IMG/VR virus record: IMGVR_UViG_3300020442_003949
Coordinates: 27,013-91,012 of that record
Source of the DNA: a virus
Direction: 5' to 3' (one strand)
Length of the DNA stretch: 64,000 nt
Below, in pieces: positions 18,976-31,300 of this stretch. Under the pieces are notes generated by a model that had not been told where the DNA came from, ran no database searches, and saw only the letters and a program-made list of their open reading frames with translations. Both the position numbers and the translations under genes were made by a program. The first letter of the stretch is position 1. Every line of letters begins with the position of its first letter.

Positions 18976-18983
18976 TATTTATA
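18976..18983 (-). promoter_or_regulatory. T4-type late promoter TATAAATA
   Basis: Exact motif overlapping the upstream stop codon, 23 nt before ATG 18952 (AAGGAG RBS). Confidence 0.55.
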
Positions 18984-20544
18984 CAATAATTTCTATTATT
19001 CCTATTTCATCTGAATCATAATCTTCTAAACTTTTACCAATGACACTGCTATACTTATAATCATCCATTTTAACTGTTGTTGCAACACCTGACATGTTAG
19101 ATGTAACTAATATATCACCTTTTCCTATCTTACCTACGACCTTGCAAGGTATGCGACCCCGTAAAGCAACTGTGACTGTTATTCCTTCTAACTCGCTGTT
19201 CATTATATGTGCAGGATTTGTTGAAACAACACCTATTACTTTTGTATCACAATAAGTTTTTGATTCTGTAACTTCAGCTGAGCCACCTATGATCATAACA
19301 GTACCTGGCTCATAGCCTTTATCGCTAAGATATTTTTCTGCTAAATCCGCATACTGAGCTGCAGTTGCAGTTCCCCTAAATAAATTAGCATGGATATCGC
19401 CTGATATATCTCGAGCAACTACAGAAACGCCAGCAGTTGCTGCAGCATACGCTTGAAAATAATCGGTTACTAGGTTGCTTTGAGCATTAACGTATTCTAC
19501 TTTAATCAAATCAGCTTTGTCAGCTGTTCCTTTGAATGCTGTTGCGTACATAGATTGAAATGCATTTGTATCACTTCCTATATCTACAACTCTATTACCA
19601 GCAGCAACTGGATCAAAAGCAGAGCTATTTGGATCTATCACTAAATTATAGCCTGGTAAGATTTGATTATGTTTTAAACGCACAGGCATTCTTATGTCAT
19701 CATTTGTATCTCTTACTTGGAAAAATACATCATAACCGATTTCATTACCAATGATCGCTTGTTTATCATTTACAATACGCAACCGCAAATCATTGTCATT
19801 ACCAATGCCTATTCCGGTATCATTAAAATTTACTTGTCCATCAAAACTTGCATTCGCTTTTTGCACAAAATTTGACGCATCTGTACCACCTAACCTATCT
19901 GCATTTGTAGCTGTACCCCACCACCTATGAGCAGTGCTCGTAACTCCACTTGTAGCATTTATAGTATTTTTAAGAGTCAATCCTTCATGAATTTTGTCAA
20001 ACCCTGGATAATCAGTAGCATCTTCTACGCCTATGGTAAAAGTCAACCCACTTATTATATGGACAACCTCATCATCAATAACACTTACAATAACAGGACG
20101 ATTGACTCCGTTGCTATCTCTTATAGTTCTACTTTGGAACTGAGTAATACTATCACCAGTTCCTTGTGGGCCTATCAAAATCCATTCGGTCCCATTATAT
20201 GCGTATAACTGTTCATTTTGTGTATCCCACCAAAAATCACCAACAGTTAGCCCTGCAGGGGCTTCTGTTCCAACTTCTGATCCGCCAGTTGTTCGCCATT
20301 TTGTTCCGTCGTAAAATTTAAGTTTGTTATTACCATTATCAAACCAAACTTGTCCACCTATTGCTTTAGGCGGTTCATTTGCTCCTGCAAAATTTTCAAG
20401 CAAAAATACAAAATTTTCATTTTGTATTTCTCCATATCCAGCATAATTTTTTCCAACTAACTTAAGATCTGTAGTTTGATCAATTGTTCCATCTTCTACT
20501 ACAGTAAGTTGAGCAGTGTTATACGTATTAATTATATAAGCCAT
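18979..20544 (-). CDS. Tail fibre protein with C-terminal intramolecular-chaperone/autocleavage-like domain
   Basis: Shared N-terminal module (DGTID..TDLKLVGKNYAGYGE..NENF..LLENFA); GTATNADRL fibre motifs; C-terminal YADLAEKY...GVVSTNPA...VALRGRIPCKV..KGD. Confidence 0.7.
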   Translation of the reverse strand: MAYIINTYNTAQLTVVEDGTIDQTTDLKLVGKNYAGYGEIQNENFVFLLENFAGANEPPKAIGGQVWFDNGNNKLKFYDGTKWRTTGGSEVGTEAPAGLTVGDFWWDTQNEQLYAYNGTEWILIGPQGTGDSITQFQSRTIRDSNGVNRPVIVSVIDDEVVHIISGLTFTIGVEDATDYPGFDKIHEGLTLKNTINATSGVTSTAHRWWGTATNADRLGGTDASNFVQKANASFDGQVNFNDTGIGIGNDNDLRLRIVNDKQAIIGNEIGYDVFFQVRDTNDDIRMPVRLKHNQILPGYNLVIDPNSSAFDPVAAGNRVVDIGSDTNAFQSMYATAFKGTADKADLIKVEYVNAQSNLVTDYFQAYAAATAGVSVVARDISGDIHANLFRGTATAAQYADLAEKYLSDKGYEPGTVMIIGGSAEVTESKTYCDTKVIGVVSTNPAHIMNSELEGITVTVALRGRIPCKVVGKIGKGDILVTSNMSGVATTVKMDDYKYSSVIGKSLEDYDSDEIGIIEIIV

Positions 20545-20582
20545 TCCATATTACCCCTAGTTTATTAGTTGTATTTACCCTA

Positions 20583-22595
20583 TTAAACAACTATTCTATC
20601 TACACCTGTACTATTCCAATTAGCCCCATCACTCTGAAATTTATAAATAAATCTGTCAACTATAAATTCAATATTTGTAGTTGAACCAGAATATGCCGGA
20701 TTTGCAACAATATCTTGTACAACTGCTACTGTTCCACTATTATCAAAATTCCTAACTGTCACTCTTGATTTTTGCAATACAGCGGTATCCTCTTCAGATA
20801 CTGTTATAGGAAACACTGCTGTAATTTGCCTAATCCTTGTTGCCATAATCTTTACATTTTGCCCAACTAAGGAATTCTCAATTGGTAACATGTAATTCAT
20901 CACTTGCCTTACATTGTCAATCGTTGATGCATAAAATGGCGTGTAATCAGGGTCACCTTCTGCAATCAACCCATTTATGTCTAATGATAATAAAATTTCT
21001 GCACCATCTACAGCCCTATCTACATATTCTTTATTTGCAGCATCTTTTAAATCTACAGGATCAGCTAAATCGGTAATCCTGTTATGTGTTGAAAAACTTA
21101 CTGTGCCTTGTTGTTGCGCTGTTCCATTTGCATCGATTGTTAATCCTGTACCATTAATCCTGCTAATGCTTGCAGAATCTATACTTACATTATCTACAAC
21201 TAAACTTGTCAGTGTTCCTATATCTGTTAATCCAAGAGCTTGAGTTACACCACTATGTAATTCGTTACTACTTAAAACAGGTGTTCCATCTATTTTAAAT
21301 GCAGGATCTAAATTATTGTTCGTAACAGCTAAATCAATATCTTGATTACTTGTCCACGATAATGTATTTTCTTTCCATAAAAATTCTTTGTTTCCTTCTG
21401 AACATCTTACAATAATTCCTGCATCATCTACTGCTAAATTGTTTCCTTCAATGTTGTCTGCACCTATTGCTAATTCTATATTTTTATCTTCAATATACAA
21501 AATTTGTGAATTAACATACGTAATTTCACCACCAACTATAAGAGATCCATTAACATTAAGATCTCCGCTAAACGATCCATTTGCATTTACTGTAAGTTTA
21601 GATACTACTTGATCATTCTGTAAAGGAACATTATCAAATATTTTAAGTTCATATTCTGAACTATCTAGCAATAACGCATTCAAAAAATAATTTTGATATT
21701 GATTATTTTTAAATCGTAATCCATAATCACTGTCTTGCTCTAAATTATCGGCAAAAACTGTAGATCCAAATATTTTTACATTATGGAAAGGTTTATCTCC
21801 AACGCCTATTGTTATTCCTTGACTATTTTTAATAGAGATACTACCAGTAGTTGTACCATTTCCATCTGTAGGTAAAAAATTAACGCTTGTTTTTTGGACG
21901 CCTTGATCATCTAACAAAAATTTTGCATTTATTGCTGTTCCCCTATACCAAAATCCATCAATGGCTGTTTCAGCATTTGCATCTGCTAAATTAAACCCTT
22001 TGTATAATTTTTGACGTTTAGGTTCCTGTGTATCATTAGCATCTACACTTAAACCAGTTATTGCAAATTCTACAGGAATAGTAAACTCAGCAGGACTATA
22101 AATCCCAACTAAAACACCACCTAAAAATAATTTCAATATAGTGCGTGTAACATTTTGTATATCTACTTGACTTGCAGATTCGAAACCTGTTTTACCTTGC
22201 CCTGCATCATAAGTAGGTCCTACTAATGTTAAATCTGATCCATCATACAAATATAATCTATTATTTGCATTATCTATCCAAATATCACCAGCAACTAAAT
22301 TAGTTGGTTGAGAACTGTTTACTATAGTTCCAGTAGCAGACCTAAATGTAACGCCATTAAATATTTTTAATCTCTGATCTTGCTTATCGTACCATAATTG
22401 TCCTGTAAGAGGATTAGGTGGCTGTGATGTACTTGAAAAATTTTCTAAAAGTTTTACAAAATTTTCATTTAACCATTCTCCAAATCCTTTATAATTCCTA
22501 CCTATTAGTGTTAAATCGGTGCTACTTGTGTCAATTATTCCATCCGTAAGATCAACCAGTAGTTCACCATCTGTTCTATTAATTCTATAACTCAT
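20583..22595 (-). CDS. Tail fibre/baseplate-attached protein
   Basis: Same N-terminal module (DGIID..TDLTLIGRNYKGFGE..NENFVKLLENFS...GQLWYD); DAANKEYVD fibre motif. Confidence 0.7.
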   Translation of the reverse strand: MSYRINRTDGELLVDLTDGIIDTSSTDLTLIGRNYKGFGEWLNENFVKLLENFSSTSQPPNPLTGQLWYDKQDQRLKIFNGVTFRSATGTIVNSSQPTNLVAGDIWIDNANNRLYLYDGSDLTLVGPTYDAGQGKTGFESASQVDIQNVTRTILKLFLGGVLVGIYSPAEFTIPVEFAITGLSVDANDTQEPKRQKLYKGFNLADANAETAIDGFWYRGTAINAKFLLDDQGVQKTSVNFLPTDGNGTTTGSISIKNSQGITIGVGDKPFHNVKIFGSTVFADNLEQDSDYGLRFKNNQYQNYFLNALLLDSSEYELKIFDNVPLQNDQVVSKLTVNANGSFSGDLNVNGSLIVGGEITYVNSQILYIEDKNIELAIGADNIEGNNLAVDDAGIIVRCSEGNKEFLWKENTLSWTSNQDIDLAVTNNNLDPAFKIDGTPVLSSNELHSGVTQALGLTDIGTLTSLVVDNVSIDSASISRINGTGLTIDANGTAQQQGTVSFSTHNRITDLADPVDLKDAANKEYVDRAVDGAEILLSLDINGLIAEGDPDYTPFYASTIDNVRQVMNYMLPIENSLVGQNVKIMATRIRQITAVFPITVSEEDTAVLQKSRVTVRNFDNSGTVAVVQDIVANPAYSGSTTNIEFIVDRFIYKFQSDGANWNSTGVDRIVV

Positions 22596-22600
22596 TATAA

Positions 22601-24679
22601 TTATCCTGCATAAATTATATAATTTAGTGTCATAAATGGATTTAACACATCAAGTGGGTTATTTAATGTACCTTCTGTTTGTATTCCTTGAGTATTTTCC
22701 ATTGCAAGACCAGTAAATTCAGTTTGTTGTTGATAATACGGATAATCTTTAATTCCGTCTGCAATTACTTCAAATTGCTTTTCTGCAACTGCATGAAATT
22801 GCACAGTATCATCATAGTTTAATGTATGTTTATGATCAGGTAGATTTGATTCAGCTATGGTTAATTTCTCTATTCCTCCTGTACCTCCTAAAACTTCTGC
22901 ATTACTATTTGTAACAACAGGAGTATTTGGCACAATATCTCCCATATTATGCATACCCATTACAAATCTACCTCGCAAATCAGGTAATGCAAAATAACCG
23001 GCTTGTACTAATTCTTGTGCTTTGAATCTATAATTAATAACTGCAAATAATGCATCATAATCTGCTCTTTGAACTTCTTGACCATTACACAATAACCATC
23101 CAGTAGGAGGTTCTTCTCCTGCATATGGAACAACAGTTCCAATAGGCGTAATTGGAACTGTCGATAATAAACTTGAAACTGTAATTTTTTTCAAACCTAT
23201 ATCTGTTGTTTCCCTAAACAATAACAATAAATCATTTTCTTGTGTAAATTCTGTTACATCCTTATTTGCTATTACATTATTATCTAATGTTGTAGCAAAT
23301 TCTACCAATTCTCCTTGGCCATTAAAATTAATATCAGGTGCTGTTATATCTCCTAAAAATCTAAACGTAGACGATTTTGCTAATTTATTTGCTGAACCAG
23401 CACGACCAGTTACACCTCCTGTAACATTACCAGTTACATCTCCATAAAATCTTTTGGAATATATTCCTTCATATCTTTTGCTCGGCTGACCAATATATGA
23501 ACTTGCTTGTCCTAATAAATCCTCAGCATCAACTGTGGGCTCTATTTTATCACCTATAATTTTACTATCATTTGAATGATTTAAATATAGGTTTTCACCA
23601 ACTGTCAAACTTTTTGCTACTGCAACACCACCTGCAGTCTTAATTGATCCACTTGAAATTTGAGTACTGTTCCTAGTACTATTGACAATTAAATTTCCTT
23701 TTGTAGTATCTGCTACAGGAACTGTTACTGTTACATCTCCATGCACATCCAATTCAGAACTAGGATTGTCTGTATTAACACCTATACTCATAGTACTGCT
23801 ATCATATCGCATTATTGTCCTAAATAATCCGTCATTTTTTACTTTTACATCAATAGCAGATCCTGCAACATTGTGTTTTATAATACCTATTGATCCTTCA
23901 ACATTAAGAGCAAACTCTGAATTCCTACCTAAGACTATTCCATCGTTGCTTAAAACAGATAAAGAAAAACTACTTGAACTAGGAGCGTCACTCCTTAGAA
24001 AATTACCAGCTGGTACTGTTTCATTATTAACAAGTAATGCATCTGCTTTCTCAGCAACCCCTATATATTTAGGAACCGGATTGTTAGGTATATTTTTTGT
24101 TGTTAAGTTTAACCCCGGCTTTACTGTGGAAAAACCATCAATCTTTGACTTAGGAGTAAACTCGTTCATTGATATTATTACTGCAGGTGTGTTATTTACA
24201 TCAATCTGTAATATATTATAATTTACATCATCTATACCTAAAACAACCTTAGGCGTAGATCCTGTAACTGATCCTTCGCTAAACTCTGGTCCAATTAAAA
24301 TCCAGCCAGCTTGATCCGTAAACATATATAATTGCAAATTCTCACTGTCTATCCACAAATCACCTTCAGTTTTATATATAGGCTGTGCTACAGATTTATT
24401 CACCCCATTAACCGGTATCCAATTTGTACCGTTATACACCATTAATTGTTCATTGCCGGGTGTAGAATCATACCATAGTTGACCTTCTACTGGTATATCT
24501 GGATTAGTTGGTGCAGCAAAATTTTCTAATAAATGTAAAAAGTTTTCAGCTATTATTGTTCCATATGATGTGGTATTTTTTCCTGGAAGTTGTAATGATG
24601 TTTCACTGTTTATAGTTCCATCTTCTACAACAAGAGATAATTTATTTACGGAATCAGTAAAAGATATTTCATAAGGCAT
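22601..24679 (-). CDS. Tail fibre protein with phage tail collar domain
   Basis: Same N-terminal module; C-terminal PIGTVVPYAG..PPTGWLLCNGQ...LFAVI...FALPDLRGRF tail collar motif. Confidence 0.8.
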   Translation of the reverse strand: MPYEISFTDSVNKLSLVVEDGTINSETSLQLPGKNTTSYGTIIAENFLHLLENFAAPTNPDIPVEGQLWYDSTPGNEQLMVYNGTNWIPVNGVNKSVAQPIYKTEGDLWIDSENLQLYMFTDQAGWILIGPEFSEGSVTGSTPKVVLGIDDVNYNILQIDVNNTPAVIISMNEFTPKSKIDGFSTVKPGLNLTTKNIPNNPVPKYIGVAEKADALLVNNETVPAGNFLRSDAPSSSSFSLSVLSNDGIVLGRNSEFALNVEGSIGIIKHNVAGSAIDVKVKNDGLFRTIMRYDSSTMSIGVNTDNPSSELDVHGDVTVTVPVADTTKGNLIVNSTRNSTQISSGSIKTAGGVAVAKSLTVGENLYLNHSNDSKIIGDKIEPTVDAEDLLGQASSYIGQPSKRYEGIYSKRFYGDVTGNVTGGVTGRAGSANKLAKSSTFRFLGDITAPDINFNGQGELVEFATTLDNNVIANKDVTEFTQENDLLLLFRETTDIGLKKITVSSLLSTVPITPIGTVVPYAGEEPPTGWLLCNGQEVQRADYDALFAVINYRFKAQELVQAGYFALPDLRGRFVMGMHNMGDIVPNTPVVTNSNAEVLGGTGGIEKLTIAESNLPDHKHTLNYDDTVQFHAVAEKQFEVIADGIKDYPYYQQQTEFTGLAMENTQGIQTEGTLNNPLDVLNPFMTLNYIIYAG

Positions 24680-24683
24680 AATA

Positions 24684-25298
24684 TTATTCTCCTGCTATAC
24701 CAGATAAACTCTGGACACGGACGGTATAATCTATTTGGATTAACCTATTTAAACTTTTTTGCACAGGATGAAAAATTACATGTGTAATTAACATCATATT
24801 ATTATCCGTATTCCAACTTTTCAAACCTAATTCATCAAACACATATAAACTATCTGTTGTAGACGCAGTATCAAACGCATCCTGTCCTACAGGTTCTCCA
24901 TAATCTAACAAACAAGAAACTAAAACATCTGTATAATTTGTTCCACTTACATGCCTAACCTCAGTTTTATTACGAAATGCATCAATATTGTTTACACTTC
25001 TATCATCTACTACTTTTTCAAATGTTTCATTATACAAACTTGCATTTGTACCTGTACTATTAGGAGTTAAATATGTAATAATACCTGTTGGATCTACACT
25101 TGTTCCACCATTACCAAAAGCCATTGAATAAATAAAACCATTACCCGAATTACTTAAACTTTGTGCTAGGGCAATGCTCATGTTTTCATAATGAATTGCA
25201 TTCCTTTTGTTAACGAAAATTTCATTAGTTTTCGGATCATAAATTTTAATATGTCCTTCAACACATACTCCATTATTCTCTTTTAATTTATCATTCAT
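24684..25298 (-). CDS. Baseplate/virion structural protein
   Basis: GHIKI, NAIHYEN, FDELGL, THVIFHPVQKSLNR; sits between the giant wedge gene and the fibres. Confidence 0.7.
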   Translation of the reverse strand: MNDKLKENNGVCVEGHIKIYDPKTNEIFVNKRNAIHYENMSIALAQSLSNSGNGFIYSMAFGNGGTSVDPTGIITYLTPNSTGTNASLYNETFEKVVDDRSVNNIDAFRNKTEVRHVSGTNYTDVLVSCLLDYGEPVGQDAFDTASTTDSLYVFDELGLKSWNTDNNMMLITHVIFHPVQKSLNRLIQIDYTVRVQSLSGIAGE

Positions 25299-25318
25299 AA
25301 TTTTTCCTACTAAGTTAT

Positions 25319-28300
25319 TTATCTTGGCAAGTCTGCCACGACAGATTGTATTTTTTTAACAATTCTATTATCAGTTTCACTTAAAGGCACACCTTTATCT
25401 GTCCAGGTTTTACCAATCCTCCTAATTACATTTATAATTTGACCTTTTGCTGGCACAAACTCTAATTGCAAAATATTCTCATCAAGACTAAATTCTGCAG
25501 GTAAAGTAACATCTGATTCAGGTGAATCCATACTTTGATTATTTTGATAACTTTCTAGTTCAGTTTTCCTTAATCTCCTACCAGCTACAAAAACTTCAAA
25601 TTCATTTACACTAGCTGGTGTAAAATCTAAAACAAATTCTTTATTCTGACCGTCAGCAGTAAATTTTGTTATAATTGTTTCGTCTTTATATGGCAAAATG
25701 CTTGAAACACTTTGATCGTAAACTTCAATACCTTTATTATACAAATGCTTTACACCTGTACCTAACGTACCTCGTCGTAAATGAGTAAGTGTATTACCAT
25801 ACCTTTTCCAATATTCAATACGTTCTCCAGCTATAAAAATTACTCCTGGATATTTACTTTGTTCATTAGGACTAGGTAATCCTTCTCCATTTGTAATTTC
25901 GATTGTTTTATCATACCAATTCAAATCATTGGCTAATTTAATGTTAAGTTGTCCATTTAGAACAGTATAATGATTTTTATTCATTATATCTTTAAATTGA
26001 CTCCACCCAAAAGTATTCTTAAATCTTGTATCACTAAAATGTATTGTTTGAATATTATCATTATCATTTACAGGATCAGTAAGAATTACCTGTAATTTGT
26101 TATCACTCAATTTATAGTCAATGCTTGATTGTAAAATTACTCCATTAACCGCTACCCATACATACTGATCATCTATAGCTGGTTGATTAAGTGGTACAAT
26201 ACCGTTACGTAAAAATCTTAGTTCATAATAATTTTCTGCTGTTTCGCCTATTTCTAACTGTCTTCCAATTTCTTCAAAAACAATTACATCATCTTCATTA
26301 GAAGTTATACCTAACAACCCCAAATCTATAATATTAGATCCTAATCCAAAAGGTGTTTGTATAACAGCTAAAGGATTACTTTGATAAGGAGTTGCAAAAT
26401 TTTCATCATCTATCCGGACATTATTTTTGTAAATAGCATATTGTGCGTTGGCATTCATTTCAAATGGTAATTCTATAATATTTGTATTACCCACTATAAC
26501 AGTCGCGTATCTATCACTAACACCAGGTAATAGTTTTGTACGCTCTATTACATCAAAACTTTGCCAATCTATACTCTGAGTATCGTGATTTGTAAACTGA
26601 TAAACTTTAATATTATCACCATTGCTTAAAGGAGTATGAATATGTAATTGCCCTGGTGTAGAAATAAAATCGCCTTGATCAAAATATCCATAACGATAAT
26701 CTCCTCCAGAATCTACACTATCTTCATAAGCATTAATGTAAACCCGTAAAGTATCTCCTGCAGAAAATATGCCTCTCTTCAATACAATTGTACTTCCGCT
26801 TTGCTGATCATCAGGTAAAGTAGGATCTATAGATTCTGCTGCTGTAAATGTCCATTGCGTCAAATAATTTAATTCAACTGTATTTAAGAATACACGCAAC
26901 TGTTTAAAGCTAACTGTACTAATAGGAACTTGATATAGTTTCAATTGATATTCTAATACGTCTGTACAAACAAAAGTTTCAACATACCCAGGATTTAACA
27001 ATTTGTCATTTACAATAACCATTGTATACCATTCAACCGGTTCCTGTTGCTTAGGTATTTTAGTCAACTCAAACGCTGTTGAACTACCGTCAGCTACAAA
27101 ATTATCAATATGTACATTGCTGAAATTATTTTGACTATTTTCAAAAATTTTGTAATGTATTATACTTCCTTCACTCACAGGATTAGCAAACTTAATTAAC
27201 ACATTATTTGAACTATCATATAATTCACTATCTGTCTTTTTCAATACATAATCTAAATGCTGGCCATTTACTGTTACATAACTACTTACATTATCTACCC
27301 ATCTAGCATTTGTTATATAAGAGCCTAATGTTCCATCAGCAACAATATTATCTGTATCAAGTATATTACTTCCACTACTACCTAATATTAAAATATTAAT
27401 CCTACTATTTTGTGGCAGAGTATTTGTAAATTCTATTAGCTTTCCTTCAACATTGACATTATAATCAACTGCAACAGTTTTTATTTTATTATCTACATTC
27501 ACAATAACCGAATCTACTGATATCGGATATTCTAATAAAGAAAAACTATTTTGTTGTCCGTCAGCAATATAATTTAAAGAAACAATATTACTAATACCTG
27601 GTGTTGGTCTTTCGTAAACTTTTATATTTACTGAGTCCTGTACTAATCCAGGAACTTGTTCTTCAGGTCCTTTTGAAGTTAATGGTGTAATAAAATTATC
27701 ACCATCTATAATTATGTCTTCTGCATTTACACCTAATGCATTACTATAATTTAATTTTCCCCCTCCTACTAGCGCATCAAAGTCTAAATCAGTAGGTATA
27801 AAACTACCATCACTAGTAATTTTCCTAATAATTATCTTATCTCCTACTTCTGGTTGTATATTTAAATCTCTAACCAATATACCGTTTAGTACTCCGTCGC
27901 CTGTTATACTATTTGTGACCGCATTAGGATTTGTATTAGATATGTTTTCATCATTATAATTAATATCATCTATCCGCAGATTATTATGATATATGTTATA
28001 TATGATTCCATTTTCCAAAGGATACCTAAAATCTATGTATAATTCATCTAATATTTTTGCAGAAATCAATTCTGTTATTTGCCCTGCAGTGCATTGGTTG
28101 AACAACGGAATAATTTGATTTTCAATATTGTTACTTGCTGTTTCACTTTCACTATTGCCTAAACCATATTTTTGTATTTCATTTGCACTGTTAAAGGTAA
28201 CCCTTGGAACTGCATCTGAAATCCCTTCCTCGTCAACAATATCAATTACTTCATCAAGAACATTTAATATAGATGATCCATCTAAAGGATCTGCTAATGG

Positions 28301-31300
28301 CTCTCCAACTGAGTTTTTATTAAAAATTTCTAAGAAAATATCTGCAACTGTTGGATCTCCTTTTACTAACTTGTTTACTTCTTTTGCAAAATTTATGTAA
28401 TTAATAGCAACTTTATAATTGAATCCAGTAACTGTAATTAACAACAAATTGTTAGGAACTGTATATAGAACATCTTCATAATTTATATCGTACGTATCAT
28501 AAGCTGCTTCTGTATAATTAGCAGTATCCCATCCGCTTTGATTACCAAAATCAAACCCTTTAACTTCTACTCCACCATAATCTACACCATCCATGAGTTG
28601 CGATATATCATTGCCAAATTGCCCTACATAAGGAGTGTATAGCAAATTAATCCTGTCAGCTGCATTTAATAAATTGGTATCTTTTTTGTAACTAACCTGT
28701 ATTGTGGTGAAATTTGGTGCAGGATTGAGCAACGTTATTTGACCTAAGTACCTATTATATGATTTACTTTTATCTAAATAATTAGTATATGTATAATCTG
28801 TAGTCAGAAGATCTTTACCATCAACAGTGACATTAATAGTATTTTTGTTTATACTTATAGGCCATTGCAAATTAAAGATATATTTTGAACCACTTCCTAT
28901 AAATGTTTCAACTGTATCTAAATCTGAAAAAGCAAAAGTCGTTGAAATCCTATCATATTTTAAATTTGTTTGCAAACTTCTTATAATTGGGTTACCAATT
29001 ACAACTGCTAACTTTGCAGAATACCCGTCTGCAAAAGAGCCATTAATAACGATTCTAGGTGCAGACAAATAACCATATCCAGGATTAATTATATCTACTC
29101 TTGTTATACTACCATTTGCTCCTAAATGAGCAACAGCAACTGCACCTGCTCCAGTAGAGCTTTCAAACTCTATGCTAGGAGGTATTCCGTACCCGGCTCC
29201 ACCATCTACTACTTCTACCGATACTACTTGATATGTGCAATTATTTAACCATCCAATATCTGGATAATTTTGTATTTGCTCTGCATTATAAAACCCTAGG
29301 TTATTTGTAGTTATTTTGTAAGGTAATATTTTATTTTCAGTTTCTATATATCTAGGTGGTAAATCAAAATCGCTTATATAAGATGCCACATCCTCAATCT
29401 TATCATAAGCACTTAAAAACTCCCTTATTTTTGCTTTGAACGGTTTAATTTCATTAACATAATCTTCATAACTTGATAAATTATCATTATTAAATGTTAC
29501 ATCTTGCCTTAATTCTCCAACATTATGCTTAATTTTTAAGAAATTTGTTTTAAAAATCCAATCAACTGATGGTTGTTCACTTAATATATAACGTAAACAA
29601 CTAAAGAACAAATTATTGTATTTTATTGCTAAATCGTCTATAAAAATATCATCTTTAATTGCATTTGCTATAATTCTTATTTCTATACTAGGAATATTGT
29701 CATAAAAATAAGTATCAAAACTTATTGTGTCAAAATTTGTAGTAGCAAATGTTGGGTCATACAAACTTCTAGATAATTGTATCGTCCCATTATTCCTACC
29801 AATTGTTTTATAATTTACTGAATAATCTACATTTGCTAATGAATTTATTTTTTCTAACAAAAGCCAACTACCGTCACCTATATTTCTAATTCTTACAATA
29901 TCACCTATGTTATCATCTACACTTGATAATTCATAGGAATAATCAATAGAATGTGTAACCTTAGTTGCTTCGTTATATCCAGCTGCATACCAGTCTATAA
30001 AATACCAATAAAGTGTTGTATTAAACCCTTGACTTTGTATTCTAATCCAAGAATTGTTATTATAATCTCTTTCATATAGAGCCCATTTACCAAAAATTGT
30101 CTCATCTGCTGCAACAAGTGCTGTAAATTTACGTATAATGATGTAGGTAGAATCTGAATAATTTTTTCCTTGGTTTATTATATTCACACTGCCAATACTT
30201 CCGTTGCTTGTCATTATAAATTCTAATTCTAACCCTTCACCTTTGCCTATTACTGCATAAGTAGGGGTGGTTATATATCCTCTTCCAGCGTTTAATACAA
30301 ATACGTCTATTATATGACCATTTTCAATCTGCAAAGAAATTTCAGCCTGCACTGCTTTTGCAACACCATAACTATCTAAGTCACTTTTAGATTCTACTTC
30401 TATATCATAAAAATTAGATGTTAATAATGGCGGGTCGTCAACCCTATAAAAATTTTGTAAATTTTTATTATCAACTAATAACTCTTTTGCTAAATCCTGG
30501 TTTACATGCTCTACATATTGTTTTAACGCTTCTTGCTTGTTTCTAAACCAACCTTGACGTGGTGTATCTAAATTACCATATCTATATTTTTCGCTTAGGC
30601 TTGGATCTGGCACATTGCGTCCATACAAATCATATCCAACAAGACTGTCTATCCATTTTTGGTTCAACTGCTCATTTGGCTGACTAGTTGCTAGACCGCT
30701 TGTAAGCAACTTATACTGATAATGAGTGTTTAGATCTGTAACTTCGTCATAAGTTTGAAAACTCACAGCTACTTCATCGTTAACAAAATCATTTTGTAAA
30801 TTATACAAAGAAAATTCATTTGCTGAAATTAATGAAATAAATTTATATCCTTGCGTTAACGTATTACCTAATAAATTTGAAATTTTATCTGCTGATAAGT
30901 TTCTACCATCTATACTAGGAATACTTGTTTTATTTTTCACCCAATAAAAATAACGTAAGACATAACTTTGACTTGTAGTGTCATATACTCTTTGCGTTGA
31001 ATATGAAGCATTTCCATATTTTGTTTGTCCTGTTATATTTAATGAAAAACCTTCACTTGTGCCTTGTAATGCATCCCACTCTGCTGGTAAAAAATTACTG
31101 CCTACCCACTCATAAATATCTATTGTTGAGTTAGGCCATAATCTTCCCCAGTTCAATGCTGAATAAGTAATATCGTTTATATACGGATAATAATATCTAA
31201 CGTTTGTTAAATCCCACCAAATCTTACCTATATATTCTGTGCCCCAAGACGCTCCTGTATCAACAACCTGATTATTAGTTCCGACAGTATATACAGCAGG

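Noticed and set aside
23682-24221. 179-aa plus-strand ORF, and similar antisense ORFs at 1577, 4688, 44537, 48288, 50933, 52775, 56035, 58161, 58743 and 59745
   Set aside because: They lie antisense within well-supported genes, have shadow-ORF composition and show no motifs
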